From Lama guanicoe (taxonomy: Eukaryota), in assembly GCA_013239625.1 (NCBI GenBank), contig MU053444.1, positions 203,822-267,821 on the forward strand: a DNA stretch of 64,000 bases. Direction: 5' to 3'. Below the pieces are notes generated by a model. The model had not been told where the DNA came from, searched no databases, and saw only the letters and a list, made by a program, of their open reading frames with translations. Positions 37,596 to 50,953 of this stretch are shown piece after piece. Position 1 is the stretch's first letter. Every line of letters begins with the position of its first letter. A program made the translations under genes and the position numbers.

Positions 37596-40500
37596 CTGAA
37601 GCACAGGGGGAAAAGCAACAAGCATCTGAACGAAACATGTAAGTGAAAAAAGACACGTAAGAAAGATTTTCCCATAAAACAGAGACCTGATGACACAGGA
37701 AGGAAGAGGAAGGATACTTCATGCACTGACGGGACTGGATGCAGAAACGCATGGAAGCAGCGCTGTGCAGACGCTCCAGACCCCCTTCAGGCCCCACCTC
37801 TCCACGTTCAGCCAGTCCTCTTCTTAGAAAGGACTGTATTCCCTGAAACAGAGGAATCTTCTCCCTACACATGAGACGCAGAGAAGGGAAGGAGCAAAAG
37901 AAAGGGAAAGTAAAGAAAAAACGTTTCATCTAGACCCTAGGATTTGGGCGGGACTTTCACCAAACACACAACTTCTCAAAGCACAGAGCACACAGTGAGA
38001 GGCTGACAGAGTGACTGCGACTTCTGCTCCAAGCACCAGCTACCTGCCAGCACACGCTGAGCCCCTTACTGAATCATTACAATCATCTCAGAAATTATTA
38101 CTACCCCGGCTCACAGGCAAGGAAATCTGAAACTCGGGGATGAATTATTATCATCCTGGAAAATATCCCACGACCCAAAAGTGTCAGAGCCTCCAGAGAC
38201 CGTGGACTAAAATGCTCCACTTCACCACGGGCCCTGAGCCTCAGGCTGAGGACACGTCAGGTCTGCATGGGCCCAGAGCATGAGTCTGTGGGACAGGGAA
38301 TGGTCCCACGCGAAGTGCCAGGTCAAGGCCCTCAGAAACCTATGAAATGAAACCAAATCCCCAAACTCATTTCCAACCCACTGCCCTGTCTGGGAGGACT
38401 GCTCGGCACATCTGCGCTGTCACCTGTGCACAGGCTGAGCAAGGGGAACAGACAGTGATGTGACGTCCCAGTGGAAGTGGCTCGGAGATCACTTCATCAC
38501 AGGACAGACTCTCCCGGCTTCCAACGTTAACACTCCATTCAATTTCCAACTGGAAAGTAAGTTTAGACTTGTTTTCCTCTCCTAGAAACAAAGAGAGTGG
38601 TAACATCAGCAGCAAACTCAAGACAGAGGAAGAGTCTCCTGGCCATCTGGAAGGATAGGCCGGGGAGGGAACAGAGACAGGGGTCAGAAAGACCCGTGTT
38701 CCAGGCCAAAGTCTGCACGTCACTCGCTTTGACAGTTTACTTATTAATACAGGTGATAAAATCTAATTATTATTGTTGGGGTAACTAATTGAAAAAACGT
38801 ATGCCACTAGCATATGTCTAAAATCCTTCATGAGTATCCCAGAAATGGACGTGATCGTGGTTAGTTACTGTCTGCCATGTCTTGGGTGCTAAGCCCACAT
38901 CAGCCAGCCAGAGATGTGCCAGAGAATGGCTCAACAGCCAGCAGCCTTCTCCAAGTTGGAAACTCACAGTGTCTGAAGAACAGGCAGTGATGGATGCTTT
39001 GGGACACTCTGGAGGTAGCACTCCAGTGATGACTTTGAAAACCTGGGGAGAATTTAGGGGATCATACAGTTCACATACAGAAAACACATTCCATGTCTAC
39101 CCACATTCATCTCTAGCCATGATGATTCAGAGAGGAAATACATATTCAAACGTACACCATTTTCCCTCATAAGTGCATCAAAACAATTTGGAAAGAATGT
39201 AACTTTCTTCTGTAGATCACACAGCGGGGATTACAAGGTTTGTAGTGACAGCCCTACTTGTAAAACATCTGCCAACTTATCTGGGTCCACTATCAGTCCA
39301 TTTGAAGAGAATAATGGAAAAGAACAAAGCCAAGCTAATACGCTCCAGTCTTTGGTGGGTTGCAATGTCACAAAGGAGATGGACACGTCATTAAGGAACC
39401 ACTCTGCCGTGATCACGGAGCCAGGGAACAGGGTGAGTGGCAAGATGTATGACGCAGCCGCAGCTGTGCCCATGCTTCTAGGCAGGTACCGAAAGTCACC
39501 TCGACATGGTGTCAAATGCTTGTGCCCACGTCCTCATCACCTGACATGCATTTAAGGAAATGAAAACCTATAAACGAACAATACCTTTGGTGGGCACACC
39601 GCCCAAATAGCAAAGTCATAGTTTGACAATTGGCCATCTCAGTTCCCTGGGATTCATTCTTGAAGAACCTTAAAAACCACTCCTCTGTCCTCAAGAAGTG
39701 CTGCCTACTTGTCCTATCTTTGGCTCAGGGATACAGCACATTCACGTGAACTTTAAAGTCTGCACAGATTTGACTGCCTTTCTTCAGGTTCACTTGTCCA
39801 TTCTGAAGAGGCCTGAGTTAACTCCATCCTCTGTAAGATCAGTTCCCTCCAGTGAAAATTCATCGAGCCTGCAATTAAAAGCCAACTGAACAGGACTGTC
39901 CTCAGCTAAAAATGTCACCCACCCTTCACTGCTTTCTTAATTTCCTTTCCTGGCTATTTGCAACAGACTAAAACCTCCCTCCACCCAGCTCCCCAACTAT
40001 GTCAAACAGTAAGTAAGGTCCATAAAAGAGGAGACAACTTCATAGTCACCTCTGAATTCCTAGCATATACTAAAGTCAATAAATAGAACTGTGATTATGG
40101 CTTCTTTCCTTTAAAACGTTTCTGGTTATTTAAATGAGACCTTGGAAGAGAGCGGTTTTGGTCTAGTATCTTGATCCAGAAGACTCAGGAGGCCTTTTTC
40201 GGAATGGCTGTCCACTGATTCATTCAAAACACAACTTCTCATTCCGGGAGGAGCTGTGATTTTCTCCCGGGAGTTTGTGGTCACTTTCATGCCAGAACAG
40301 CTTTAAACTAAATCCTTACTTTGGATTTGTTATTTTTCCCCGTTTCCAAAAAAAATTGACTTTCCTTAATTTCTTGCCTTGAGGAATAATTTTTTTCTTT
40401 CTTTCTAATTCACTCTTTATTAAACAGGCTTCTCAGGATGTGCTTGGCCTTACATAGGATGAGCCATCCAACTCCCAGTGTGAGAGGCCAGGGGCTCACC

Positions 40501-42254
40501 TCCTGCCCTCCTGTCAGGGCAACTAACACTCAGTTCAGGAGCCAACTGGCACCCAAGGGCTTCTAAGTCTCGCGTATCTCCCAGAATCCCTGCTTTTTGG
40601 TTGGACTTGGCTTCTGAGGATTTCCCCTCACTTTCTAGAAAATTAGCTGTACAGCTTGAAAGATGAGGAAGGAAGGTTTTATTTCTTAATCAGCATTATA
40701 AGGAACTTGTGTAATGAAGATTTTCACGAGTTTCTAGAACCCTCCATTGCCGAGACAGAAAACACAATAGATATTTTCTAAACTTAGGTATCATGTGCAA
40801 TTTTTCTTTGCTTTTGTTTTCTTAAATACTAACAGACATTTTTTAATTAAAAAAAATAAGGCCCCAAATAGGATAGAACCTTGAATGGCAAACAAAATTA
40901 AAGGGCAAAGACAGAAAAATGATAAGTACTCTACAAAGTTAATAGAATACATACACTATGGATCAGATCAGCAATTCTCAGTAACAGACAATTGAAACAT
41001 GACCATGAGGAAAAACATCTCTCCTGTCAGGAGATGGCCAACAGAAAATAGAATTAAAACAACAAATTAAAATTCTAAATCTGGCGAAGTATAGAAGGCT
41101 ACCAGCTAAAAGTGTCTTCTTCTTGAAAAGAGGGAGTCTCACCAGCTCTTTACTGTGGAGCCTGAGCCTAGGGGAGGGCGGTGAAGTGAGCTCTATAAGT
41201 ACCCAATTAGCAAAGTGAGTGATGAATAAAGAGACATGAGCTTTGATGACAGAGATGATACTACTATTCTCTTGTCCTGTAAAGTATGTCTTCAAGCTCA
41301 GTGATCAATACCTCGGCGTCCTCAGGGATTTAGATTATAGGAAAATGCACAGCCAGGGCCCAGACCTCCTCTGTGAGCTTGGGACACTGCACTTAGATGT
41401 CTCAAGGGCACCTCCAACTCTACCTGAACAGAGCTGACTTCACGGTTCTCTTCCCATAGCTGTCCTGGCCTGGGATCCTGGTCGTGGGGGAAGGTCTCTC
41501 TGCCTCTCCCAGCTCAGGCCCATCACTCACAGATGTGACTGAACCCCTCCTTCAGGGCCCAGATTTCCTCAGTCACCAAGCCCCACCACCCACACCTGTC
41601 CTACCAGGTATTCACAGGCACTCACTTAGTACTGACTCTGGGCTGGGGACCACGTTGCACACTGTGCGCATGTTATCTCACTGGATCTCCACAACAGTCC
41701 TGGGAATTGAGTACATCCCTGCTTCAATTGATTAGATAAATTGTTTCACTTCCTTGAGTGCGTCATCCAAAGTGACACGGCTACTGAGCCACAAAACTGG
41801 GACTGAAAACCACTTGAAAATTGAACACTGTTACACCTCAGAGCCACCCTACTCTGATTCATCACATCACCTCCTGCCGAGCCTACTGAATGTTTGCAAG
41901 CATTCTATAAACACAAAAGTGATCTAGGAGAGCACCCCACTCCCCTACTTAAAATCTGTCAGTGACGGTCCACTGCCCTTAAGAAAAAGCCCCACCGGGC
42001 CTAAGCACAGCCCAACGGTCCGGCATCCTTGTTCCCTGCGCGGCCGCGCCGCCTCACCCACCAGGCAGCACTACACGTGCCGTGTCCAGGAAAGGGATGC
42101 TGACTCCGTACAACCCGGGGCTCTTCTCACTCGAACAATGATCACCCTCCTCAGTGGTCACCTTCTTCAATGCTGACTCAGAAAAATGTTTTCTCAGGAT
42201 GAATCAATATCTTTTTCCTTACAACTTCCAGTCATTGATAATGAGCTCCCCCCA

Positions 42255-42410
42255 AAAGAGAGAAGACTTAATCCTCAGTCTCCTTATCTGTAAAGTGGGA
42301 ATAACAAGGAAATATGTGAGGTTTTCAGAGAAATAAAATTCATGTGAGTCTGAGGGACAACTCCCAACATACAATAAGCTCTCAATATGTGCTTACTTAG
42401 TATTAATGAG
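42255..42410 (+). mobile_element. MIR fragment (others at ~41670-41810, ~49670-49780, ~49890-50100)
   Basis: CCTCAGTCTCCTTATCTGTAAAGTGGGAATAAC core and AAGCTCTCAATA tail. Confidence 0.6.
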
Positions 42411-43870
42411 AATATGTTGCATTCCAGCAACCTTAAATCAATGTTTTATGGCTTTGTCCAACAGACTACTGACAAACTGCTGGACGAAACCCTTTGAGCA
42501 GATCAGCATAAGCGTATTGCTAGAGGTAAGCGCTGACTCCAGTTACAGCTGCAGACAACCAGCACTACTGGGCGGGGGCAGTTTGCTCAAACTCTTACAT
42601 GTTGTTAGAGCATTAAGTTGTAGTTATTGAATAAAGAGAGGTGTTCTTTAGTCAAAGCTCCTGAAACATAAATCTTGAAAGATAGATACAAATTAGGTTT
42701 CAAGTACAACATTCTCACTAGAAATTATTTGAAAATGATAGTCTTAGCTCCTCTGCACATCAGAAGGGCATGTTATTAATGTATCTGACTATGTACACTG
42801 AAAGGATTGTTTAAAAGAAATTAAGATGAAGCCATCTTAAATAAGCTCTCAGTATCATCTGCACAAAGCTCCACCCAAGGGTCTCATTTCTCACTTCCAC
42901 ATAGGTGTTGAGGTACTTTAACCTGGGTCTTGGTTTCTTATAACATGGGGGCGGGAAGAGTTGTGGATAGATTTATGTAGCAAATATAAACCTTGTGTAA
43001 TTTCTTTGTAGGAATCCTAGAAATAAACAAATTGATATATAGTCCCACGCTTAAGAGTCTCAGCCTTTCCATTTACAACAGCATTAAAAATAAAATGAGA
43101 GATACATTTAACAAAAATTTACAAGATTTGCACATTGAATATATTGAAGTATCACCGAAAAAATTTTAGAAGATCTACATATATGGAAGACATCCCATGT
43201 TCACGGAATGGTAGACAATATTGTTAAAAATGTTTAGACTCCCTAAAGTGATCTACAAATTCAATGGAATCCCTATCAAAATTCCAGCTGACTTCTTTGC
43301 AAAAATAGAAAAAACTGATCCCAAAATTCATATGGAAGTGCAAGTGACCCTGGTCAGCCAAAACAATCTTGAAGAAGAAGAGCAAAGTTGGAGGACTCAC
43401 TTTAAAGTTTACTACAAATCTATACTACTTATGTCATTATGGTACTGTCATAAGTTTGGTTACATAAATCTATGAGACACAGTAAAAATTCCAGTGGGAA
43501 ACTTACAATACAGTCAGTTTTCCACAAGGTTGTCCTCAACACTCCATTGAAAGAATCGTCTATTCAACAAATAGTGCAGGGACACCTGAGTATCTGCAGG
43601 CAAAAGAATGAATCTAGAATCTGGACTCCCATATTGTATATAACAAATAAAAATTAATTGAAAATGGATCACAGACAGAAATGTAAAAACTAAACCTATA
43701 AACTTTCTAAAAGAAGACATCATATAAATCTTTCAGGTCCTAGGATAGGTTATGGTTTCCTAGATACAATACCAAGAGCACAAGTGATAAAAAAAAAAGC
43801 AGATAAACTTGACTTCATCAAAATTAAAACCATTTGTTACAAAGGACACCATCAAGAAAGTGAAATGAAA

Positions 43871-43990
43871 GGGGAAGGAGTAGCTAAAGTGATAGAGTGC
43901 GTGCTTGGCAAGAAAAAAAATAATATTAAATAAATGAATAGATCTAATGACCTCCTCTATAAAGAAATTGTTTTAAGGTTTAAAAAAAGT
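43871..43990 (+). mobile_element. Internally deleted tRNA-derived SINE (Vic-1-like)
   Basis: GGGGAAGGAGTAGCTAAAGTGATAGAGTGCGTGCTT head, CTAATGACCTCC tail, flanking AAAGTGAAA direct repeats. Confidence 0.7.
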
Positions 43991-44406
43991 AAAGTGAAAC
44001 AACAATCTGCAGACTAGTAGAAAAATTTTGCAAAGCATGTATCTAATAAGAGACTAGTATCCAGGATATAAAACAAATGCTTACAACTGACGAATACAAA
44101 GAAAATTGACCCAATTTTTAAATTTGCCAAGGATTTAAACAGACACACAAATGGCCAATAAGTATATGAAAAGATGCTCAGCATCACTAGCCAAATCAAA
44201 ATCAAAATGAGATCTCATTTTACACCCACTAGGATGGTTATAATCAAAACATGGACAATAACAAGTGTCGGTCAGGAGGCAGAGGAATGGGAACCCTCAA
44301 TATGCAGCCATTGGAAAGGGGCAATGGGGAAGCTTCTTTGGAAAAGCCTGGTGTTTCCTCAAAAGTTTAGTGTTATCATATGGCTCAGCAATGCTACTCC
44401 TACATA

Positions 44407-44548
44407 TAGGGTCATCCCTCAGTATCCTCCGAGGATTGGTTTCAAGAACCCACTACCCTGGATTCCATAATCCAAGGATGTTTGAGTCGCTTTACAATCA
44501 GCCATCTGGATCCATGAAGTGGAAACTACAGATATGGCGGGCCAACTG
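44407..44548 (+). mobile_element. MER2/Tigger-like non-autonomous DNA transposon, internally deleted
   Basis: GTCATCCCTCAGTATCC...GGATTGGTTTCAAGAACCC 5' end and GATATGGCGGGCCAACTG|TA 3' end form degenerate TIRs with TA flanks. Confidence 0.75.
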
Positions 44549-44684
44549 TACAACCAACAGAATGAAAACATATTCTCACAAAAATTTGCATATCAATATT
44601 CATAGCAGTATCATTCAGAGTAGCCAAAAGTTACAAACAATGTCCATCCATCAATGAATGGGTAAACAAAATTATCAAGTATAG

Positions 44685-46140
44685 TCCCAAAACCTTTTGG
44701 TCATTGAATCTTCGACAAAGGAGGTGAGAACATACAATAGAGTAAAGACAGACTCTTCAGAAAATGGTGTAGGGAAAACTGGACAGCAGCATGTAAATCA
44801 ACGAAGTTAGACTACTCCCTCACAGCATACACAAAAATAAATTCAAAATGGCTTAAAGATTTAAACATGTAGACAAGACACTACTAACCTCTTAGAAGAA
44901 AACTTAGGAAAAACATCTGACATACATCTCAGAAATGTTTTCCTAGAGCAGTCTACTCAAGCAATAGAAATACAAGCAAAAATATACAAGTGGGGTCTAA
45001 TTAAACTTACAAGCTTTTGCACAGCAAAGGAAACAGTAAGCAAAACAAAACAGCAACCTATGAAATGGGAGAATATATTTGCAATAAATGAGACTGACAA
45101 GGGCTTAACTCCCAGAATACATAAACAGCTTTTACACTTGATAAGAAAAAAAAATAAACAATTCAATCCAAAAATGAGCAGAAGTGCTAAAGAAACATTT
45201 CTCCAATGAAAACATAGAAGTGGCCAATAGGCACATGAAAAAATGCTCAATATCATTATCAGAGAAATGCAAATCAAAACTATAATCAAGTATCACCTCA
45301 TACCAGTCAGAATAGCCATCATTCAGAAGTTCACAAGCAATAAATGCTGGAGAGGCTGTGGAGAAAATGGAACCCTCCTACACTGTGCGGGGAATGCAGT
45401 TAGGTGGATCCATTGTGGAAAACAGTATGGAGATTCACCAAAAGACAAAAAAATTGACTTCCCCTATGACCCAGCAATCCCACTCCTGGGCATATATCCA
45501 GAAGGAACCCTAATTCAAAAAGACACCTTCCTCCAAATGTTCACAGCAACACTATTTACAATAGCCAAGACATGGTAACAACCTAAATGTCCACTGACAG
45601 ATGACTGGATAAAGAGGTTGCACTATATTTATACCATAGACTACTACACACGCATAAAAAATAATAAAATAATGCCATTTGCAGCAACATGAATGGACCT
45701 GGAGAATGTCATTCTAAGAGAAGTAAGCCAGAAAGAGAAAGAAAAATACCATATGAGATGGTGGAATCTAAAACAAAACAAAACAAAACAAAAAAAGAGA
45801 AACTTATCTACAGAACAGAAACAGGCACAGAGACATAGAAAGCAAACTATGGTTACCAGAGGGGAGACGGTGTGGGAAGGGATAAATTGCGGGTTCAAGA
45901 TTTGCAGATACTGTCTATGTATAGAATAAACAGCAAGTTTATACTGTATAGTACAGGGAAATATGTTTAATATCTTATAGTAACTTATGTTGAAAAAGAA
46001 TATGAAAATGAAAACATGTATATTCCTATATAAATGAAGTGTTGTGCTGTAAACAAGAAACTGATGCAACATTATAAACTGACTAGACTTCAATGAAACT
46101 ATTTTTAAATAGACCAAAAACAAAAAAAACAAAAAAAAAA
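44685..46140 (+). mobile_element. Younger 5'-truncated L1 (ORF2 C-terminus, 3' UTR, A tail) nested in the older L1
   Basis: IIREMQIKT...[15 protein letters not shown]...[13 protein letters not shown] (45243 ORF) and MDLENVILREVSQ (45693 ORF); stops and frameshifts present; A-rich tail 46115-46140. Confidence 0.95.
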
Positions 46141-46649
46141 GAAAAGAATATTATTAAACCAAAAGAATAAGTTACTGTTTCAGGCTACAACATGGATGTA
46201 CCTTAAAAAAGTATGCTGAAATAAGCCAGACACAAAAGGACAAATACTGCCCTTTAAGGTGAAGTGTATCTAAGTGTTCACTGTACTACTCCTGTAAATT
46301 TTCCGGAGGTTTGAAGTCTATCAAATTAAAAATATAGTGTATTATTCATTAAAAACATAAAACGATTCCTCACAGGAGGGCTTTAATAATAAATGAAGAA
46401 ATGCATGTAAAGCTCCTGGAACAAAACTTTGTATGTCCACAGTCACTGCTGTCACTGCCACTCAGAGGGTGGTGACAGCGCTGATGATAACTGCCTCCAC
46501 TCACTCCCCTGCAGACAGGAGTGAGGGCCTGGGCTCAGGCAGTCAGGGTGACCATGAACCTGGGTCAGACAGAGCCACGCCCCAGACTCTGTGTTACCCA
46601 ACTTTCTTATACAAACTGCTACATGTAACGTAAACACGCTAGAGGGATG

Positions 46650-46785
46650 TATCTTACAACATAGGCAATACAGTCAATGTTTTACAATAACTATAAATGG
46701 AGCATCTATTGTACACCTGAAACATATATCATATTGTAAATCAGCTGTACCTTTAGAAAAAATTTAAAAATAATTTAAAAATGTT
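46650..46785 (+). mobile_element. Short L1 3'-terminal fragment
   Basis: TACAACATAGG...CAATAACTATAAATGGAG...TGTACACCTGAAAC...ATTGTAAATCAGCTGTAC followed by an A-rich tail. Confidence 0.7.
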
Positions 46786-47114
46786 ATAACTTTAATATCA
46801 GTCCGGTTTTTAAGTAACTACTAAACAGCTTAGAATATATAAAAGCATTTAAGTGTCATAAGTTTACTTATTTATTTACTTTCAGCGTCCTGCTAAAAGA
46901 GAAATTAAACAATTTTTTAAACACAGCTTAACAACCATAACAACAAAAAGACACAAGTGAGAGTGAAGAGAAAATGGAGATTCAGTACTTAACTGAAACC
47001 AGGGGGAGGTAAAGTCATAAAAACGGATGCCATGAAGTCAGGGTAAGTGTTAAAGGCCGACTAGATATTCAGCTGGAAGATTCTTGGCAGCTAAAGCAAA
47101 AAGAAAAAGATGAT

Positions 47115-47320
47115 GGGGCGGGTGGTAGAGCTCAGATATACAGCCTGTGCATAGCGTACACGGGGTCCTGGGTTCAAGCCCCAGGGCCTCCACTAACAGA
47201 TAAATACACCTAATTACCTGCACCCCCAAAAGAGCCCCAAAGAAAAGAACAAGAGAAATTTTTTTCCTAAAAAAAACCTGATATTAAATTTAGATTAAAT
47301 ACTTAAAAAAAAAGAAAAAT
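47115..47320 (+). mobile_element. tRNA-derived SINE (Vic-1-like)
   Basis: A-box-like TAGAGCTCAG, B box GGTTCAAGCCC, then ATAAATACACCTAATTACC and an A-rich tail. Confidence 0.8.
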
Positions 47321-47520
47321 AGAAAAAATGAGTGATACAAGCGATAATGCCTGTGAGATAAATCTGTGGTGGTTGCTGGCAGGTCCCCCTGTCCCACGTG
47401 GGAAAATCTGAAGCATCCTTCACACCACCCAGAGTCATCCTCAGCCCACCCCACCCCTCCCTCTGTTACATGCAGGAGCACAGGTAGGGCCAGGCCTTTG
47501 TTCTCTCTGTGTCCTCAGAG

Positions 47521-48120
47521 TGAGACAGGATAGAAGCAGTCAGAGCACAGCCATTCAAGGAAGGCCACAGCAATTAACATCAAAGTGGTGAAGGATCCAA
47601 CTCCCAATAGGCCCTGAGGCTCAGGATGAAGAGATTTAAGTTCTAGCAGATCTTGAGCTTCATTATACACCCATTGTAATAGTAACATGGTGAATAACAC
47701 GCCCCCAGGCACCATGGCAGTCCCAAGGCTAGCCACAAAAGGTCAAAGTGTGGGAAATGGCCAACTCCCTGGGAATTCCATCCCCTTGCCCTTAGGCTGG
47801 TCCTTCTACTTTATAGCATATGGAGCCACCAAACACATGAAAACCAGCAAACCAGCGCTGCTTCGCGGTCACCACTCTCTCTCCCTCTTCGGAGAAGGCC
47901 CACACTCTGTCTGTGGAGTGTGTACCTACTTTTAATCTGAGCATCAAACCCCCACAACTCGTGACGTTTCTCTTGCCTTTCAATGAATCTTTCTTAATAA
48001 ATCTATTTACTCAACAGTGGCATGCTCTTGAATTCTTTCCTGCATGAAGCCAAGGACCCACATCTGGCGGGGCACATCCCAGGGGCTCAACCAAAGTCTG
48101 GGACACAGCCCTTCTCATGT
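47521..48120 (+). mobile_element. Solo ERV LTR
   Basis: Starts TGAGA with a candidate end TCTCA (48117). AATAAA at ~47996 followed by CTTGAATTCTTTCCTGCATGAAGCCAAGGACCC U5-like motif. TSD not resolved. Confidence 0.7.
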
Positions 48121-50935
48121 CAAACGTATTTTTTCTTGTATCAACAGGACTGGGCTGTGAAGGGGGCTCTGAGGCCCCTGCTAAGGGACAGAAGCAGCCC
48201 CCAGGGCTTGAATTGGTGGGCAACCTCTCTGCCAGCAGGGGCCCTGGGGTCTGCCCGGTTCTCTGTGTTTCTTTGTTGTGCTGACTCCCCAGCCACAGAT
48301 CGTTCTCGCTAGGCCTGTCCCCACAAAACCCTTCTCTCCAAAATACACGCACATCATGTCACAATCCTCTTGTTCAATCAGGAAATGTTCAGCCCACTTT
48401 TTCCTTCCCCAGTAAAAACCTAACTGTCCTCCCTCCGATCCCACCACTTCTTTCTTTGTGAGTACTCTGCACTCTCCACACACCATCCTGAACGCAGGTG
48501 CCTTGCTGGCTGGGACCTAGATGTTTGTTTTACACAGCCTGCGTCATTTCACATTCTCCTTTCTACCTTAAAAAGACTTTCCTGAGTATCCCACTCCTCT
48601 GATTCTGAACTTCACAAACTGCTGTGTTTACGGTCACTATGTGCATACATCCCAGGTTTTGGCTAGGTTTCCTTTGCAAGACCTTCATTAAGGAGCTGCA
48701 CCAAGAAGTTTAAAGAGGATATTCTTACATCTGAGCGAAGGAGCATGCATAAAATTTAAATGGATTTGAATAGACTATTAACCGGGGACAGAGATGTCGC
48801 AAGTCCTAGTCAACAGTGTCATGAGGCAAAATGTTCTTCAAAGGCTCAGAGTGGCTTCTGAACATGGAGTCAGCAGGGAGGAGGTGACAGGCAGTGAGTG
48901 GGGTGTGTGACACACCTTACGCTCCCCCAGCTGGGGAAGAAATGGAATTTTTTCTAGTTTTCCAATTTCTTACTACCTTTTTCTCTTATTGTCACATACC
49001 ATTTCCTACGAATTAAGAAAATCAATGTCAGTCATTTGGGCCAATTGGGAGAAGCTACACGATGCCATTCACAGGGCTGGGACATGACAGCCACAACAGT
49101 CTAGGTTGAAAGACCAGTGGGGGTATTTCCAAGGTGATCACGGGCATGCAGCAAACTCCCCAGCTTCAATGACCTCATCTCAAAGGTGGGGCCAATAAAA
49201 CTACAAAGCAAAGTGCGTGATGCTTATGGCCGACATCTGTTTACTAGGTAAGTGCCCATGAGAGCTGCCGCTTAATGGGGAATAAGAATGATCAAGGAGG
49301 CCCAGTCTACCTGGTCACAGGCGCCCTGCCTTCCTGCCTTGGTGCAGCAGCAGAGCTTGTTTAGCTGAGATGAACGCCCCAAGAGCAGCCCCGAAGGGGA
49401 AGCTCCCAGCGCTGCACGGCCGAGGCCTGTTCCTTTCCTTCTCAGAGCTGATCACAGTTTGAAGTCGTCTGTTTTTATGTTTATCACTTTTGTAACTGCC
49501 TCCCCTCCAGAGTTTTGCTCAAGCAGCACAGGGCCAGGTGTGTCTTGCTGCCTGCTGGATATTCTGGGCTGGGAGACAGCCGACCACACATCTGGCTCTG
49601 GTGCTGAATGGAGAGGATAGAAGGCGTAGAGGCCCACGCTGAACTGAGGCCCCTGCACCCAAAATTATGGTCTGACTTTGGGCAAATTACACAGTCTTCT
49701 TTACCCTGAGATTCCTCATCTGTCCATGAAAATAACTGCCCATGGCACAAAGATTTATCAAGATTAAATGAAATCACCAAATTCACAACCTATTCAAGGG
49801 GTTACCAGTGCATCCTCAACAGACAAATGCTGCCTTTACGGCTCTGACACACGCGAATCGGGACGTCCGCACACAATGAACACTGCTAAGTGTCAGTGTG
49901 TTAAGTGCTTCATGTGTGTTATAATACTCTTTACAACTTACAACAATGCCAGGAACAAACGAATATTATCATGCCCATTTCACAGATTCACCAACAGGTT
50001 ACGAGAGGTTACATTCTAGTCCAAGGCCCTATTGTGAGGAAATGGCGATTTAAACCTGAATCTCGGCCCAGGCCTGGGATCCACCTCTTTTCCATCCACC
50101 TGACAACTTGGCTATGAAATCCACCTGTCCAATACACAAGTATGCAGCCGGCCAGCTCTTAAATGCAATGTGTTCCACCGTTTGTCAATGTTCATTAGTT
50201 ACCATAAACTGTTCTCAGAAACCACTACAGAAAAGAAAGGTGGGCTTATGTCCCTGCCCACAAAGAAAAGGAACTCTGCCTTCCCCTGTAATGTGCAGAA
50301 ACCCTTCCCTACATCACCAAATAGTTTTGTATGCTTCCTCCATGATTATGTTTGTACACGGCTTATTAATTTAGAAGTTACCTGCAGTAATTCCATCTTG
50401 GTTGCTTTCCAGGTTTGCAGATTATCCATAATCAGTCTGTGAACGAAAATACTACAATGTGAATGAAAATACTGCAACCATGTCAGTAAATAAAGAATGC
50501 TGAACCCAAATCATCAGCGGCTGCCAACACACCCCAACAAGGACAGGCCTGCAGCCCAGCCTCTGCAGCCACTCACAATGTTGCCCTCTGAGCAGACACA
50601 GGATAAGAAAGAACAGGATACTGGCCCTAGATATTTAGGTGCTTGTCTAAAGAATGAATTCAGTGAGTCCAAATGTTTGCTTCCTCCCATACATGGAAAA
50701 GCACTAAATTCTTGAACTTGAGATACCTGGCTTTCTTAAGATAACAAGCAATCTTTTATTGTTGCAGCTACTTGGTCTTTGTTGTAAAGCTCCTATATAT
50801 CCTAGTTCCTCCTCAACCTCTTGGGAACAGTCCCTCAGAGCGATCTGAGAGGCTGTCATCCCGGCTCGAGTCCTCCCGCCAAATAAAACATAACTCTTAA
50901 CTTTTAGGCTTCACATATATTTCAGTCAAAAGTTT

Positions 50936-50953
50936 TGGACACCATGAAAGGAC
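50936..50953 (+). promoter_or_regulatory. Primer-binding site, tRNA-Arg-like
   Basis: TGGACACCATGAAAGGAC matches 14/18 to TGGCGACCACGAAGGGAC (complement of a tRNA-Arg 3' end, from recall), a few bases after the 5' LTR. Confidence 0.75.

Larger units (their letters stand above)
43070..46340 (+). mobile_element. Old L1M ORF2/3' UTR fragment interrupted by three younger insertions
   Basis: LPKVIYKFNGIPIKIPADFF (43221 ORF) and HFTPTRMVIIK (44174 ORF) are L1 ORF2 motifs. The sequence resumes at ~46146 (GAATATTATT...AAGCCAGACACAAAAGGACAAATACTG) after the nested L1. Confidence 0.88.

Noticed and set aside
45243..46132. 111-aa and 162-aa ORFs as genes
   Set aside because: Sense fragment and antisense frame of a truncated L1.
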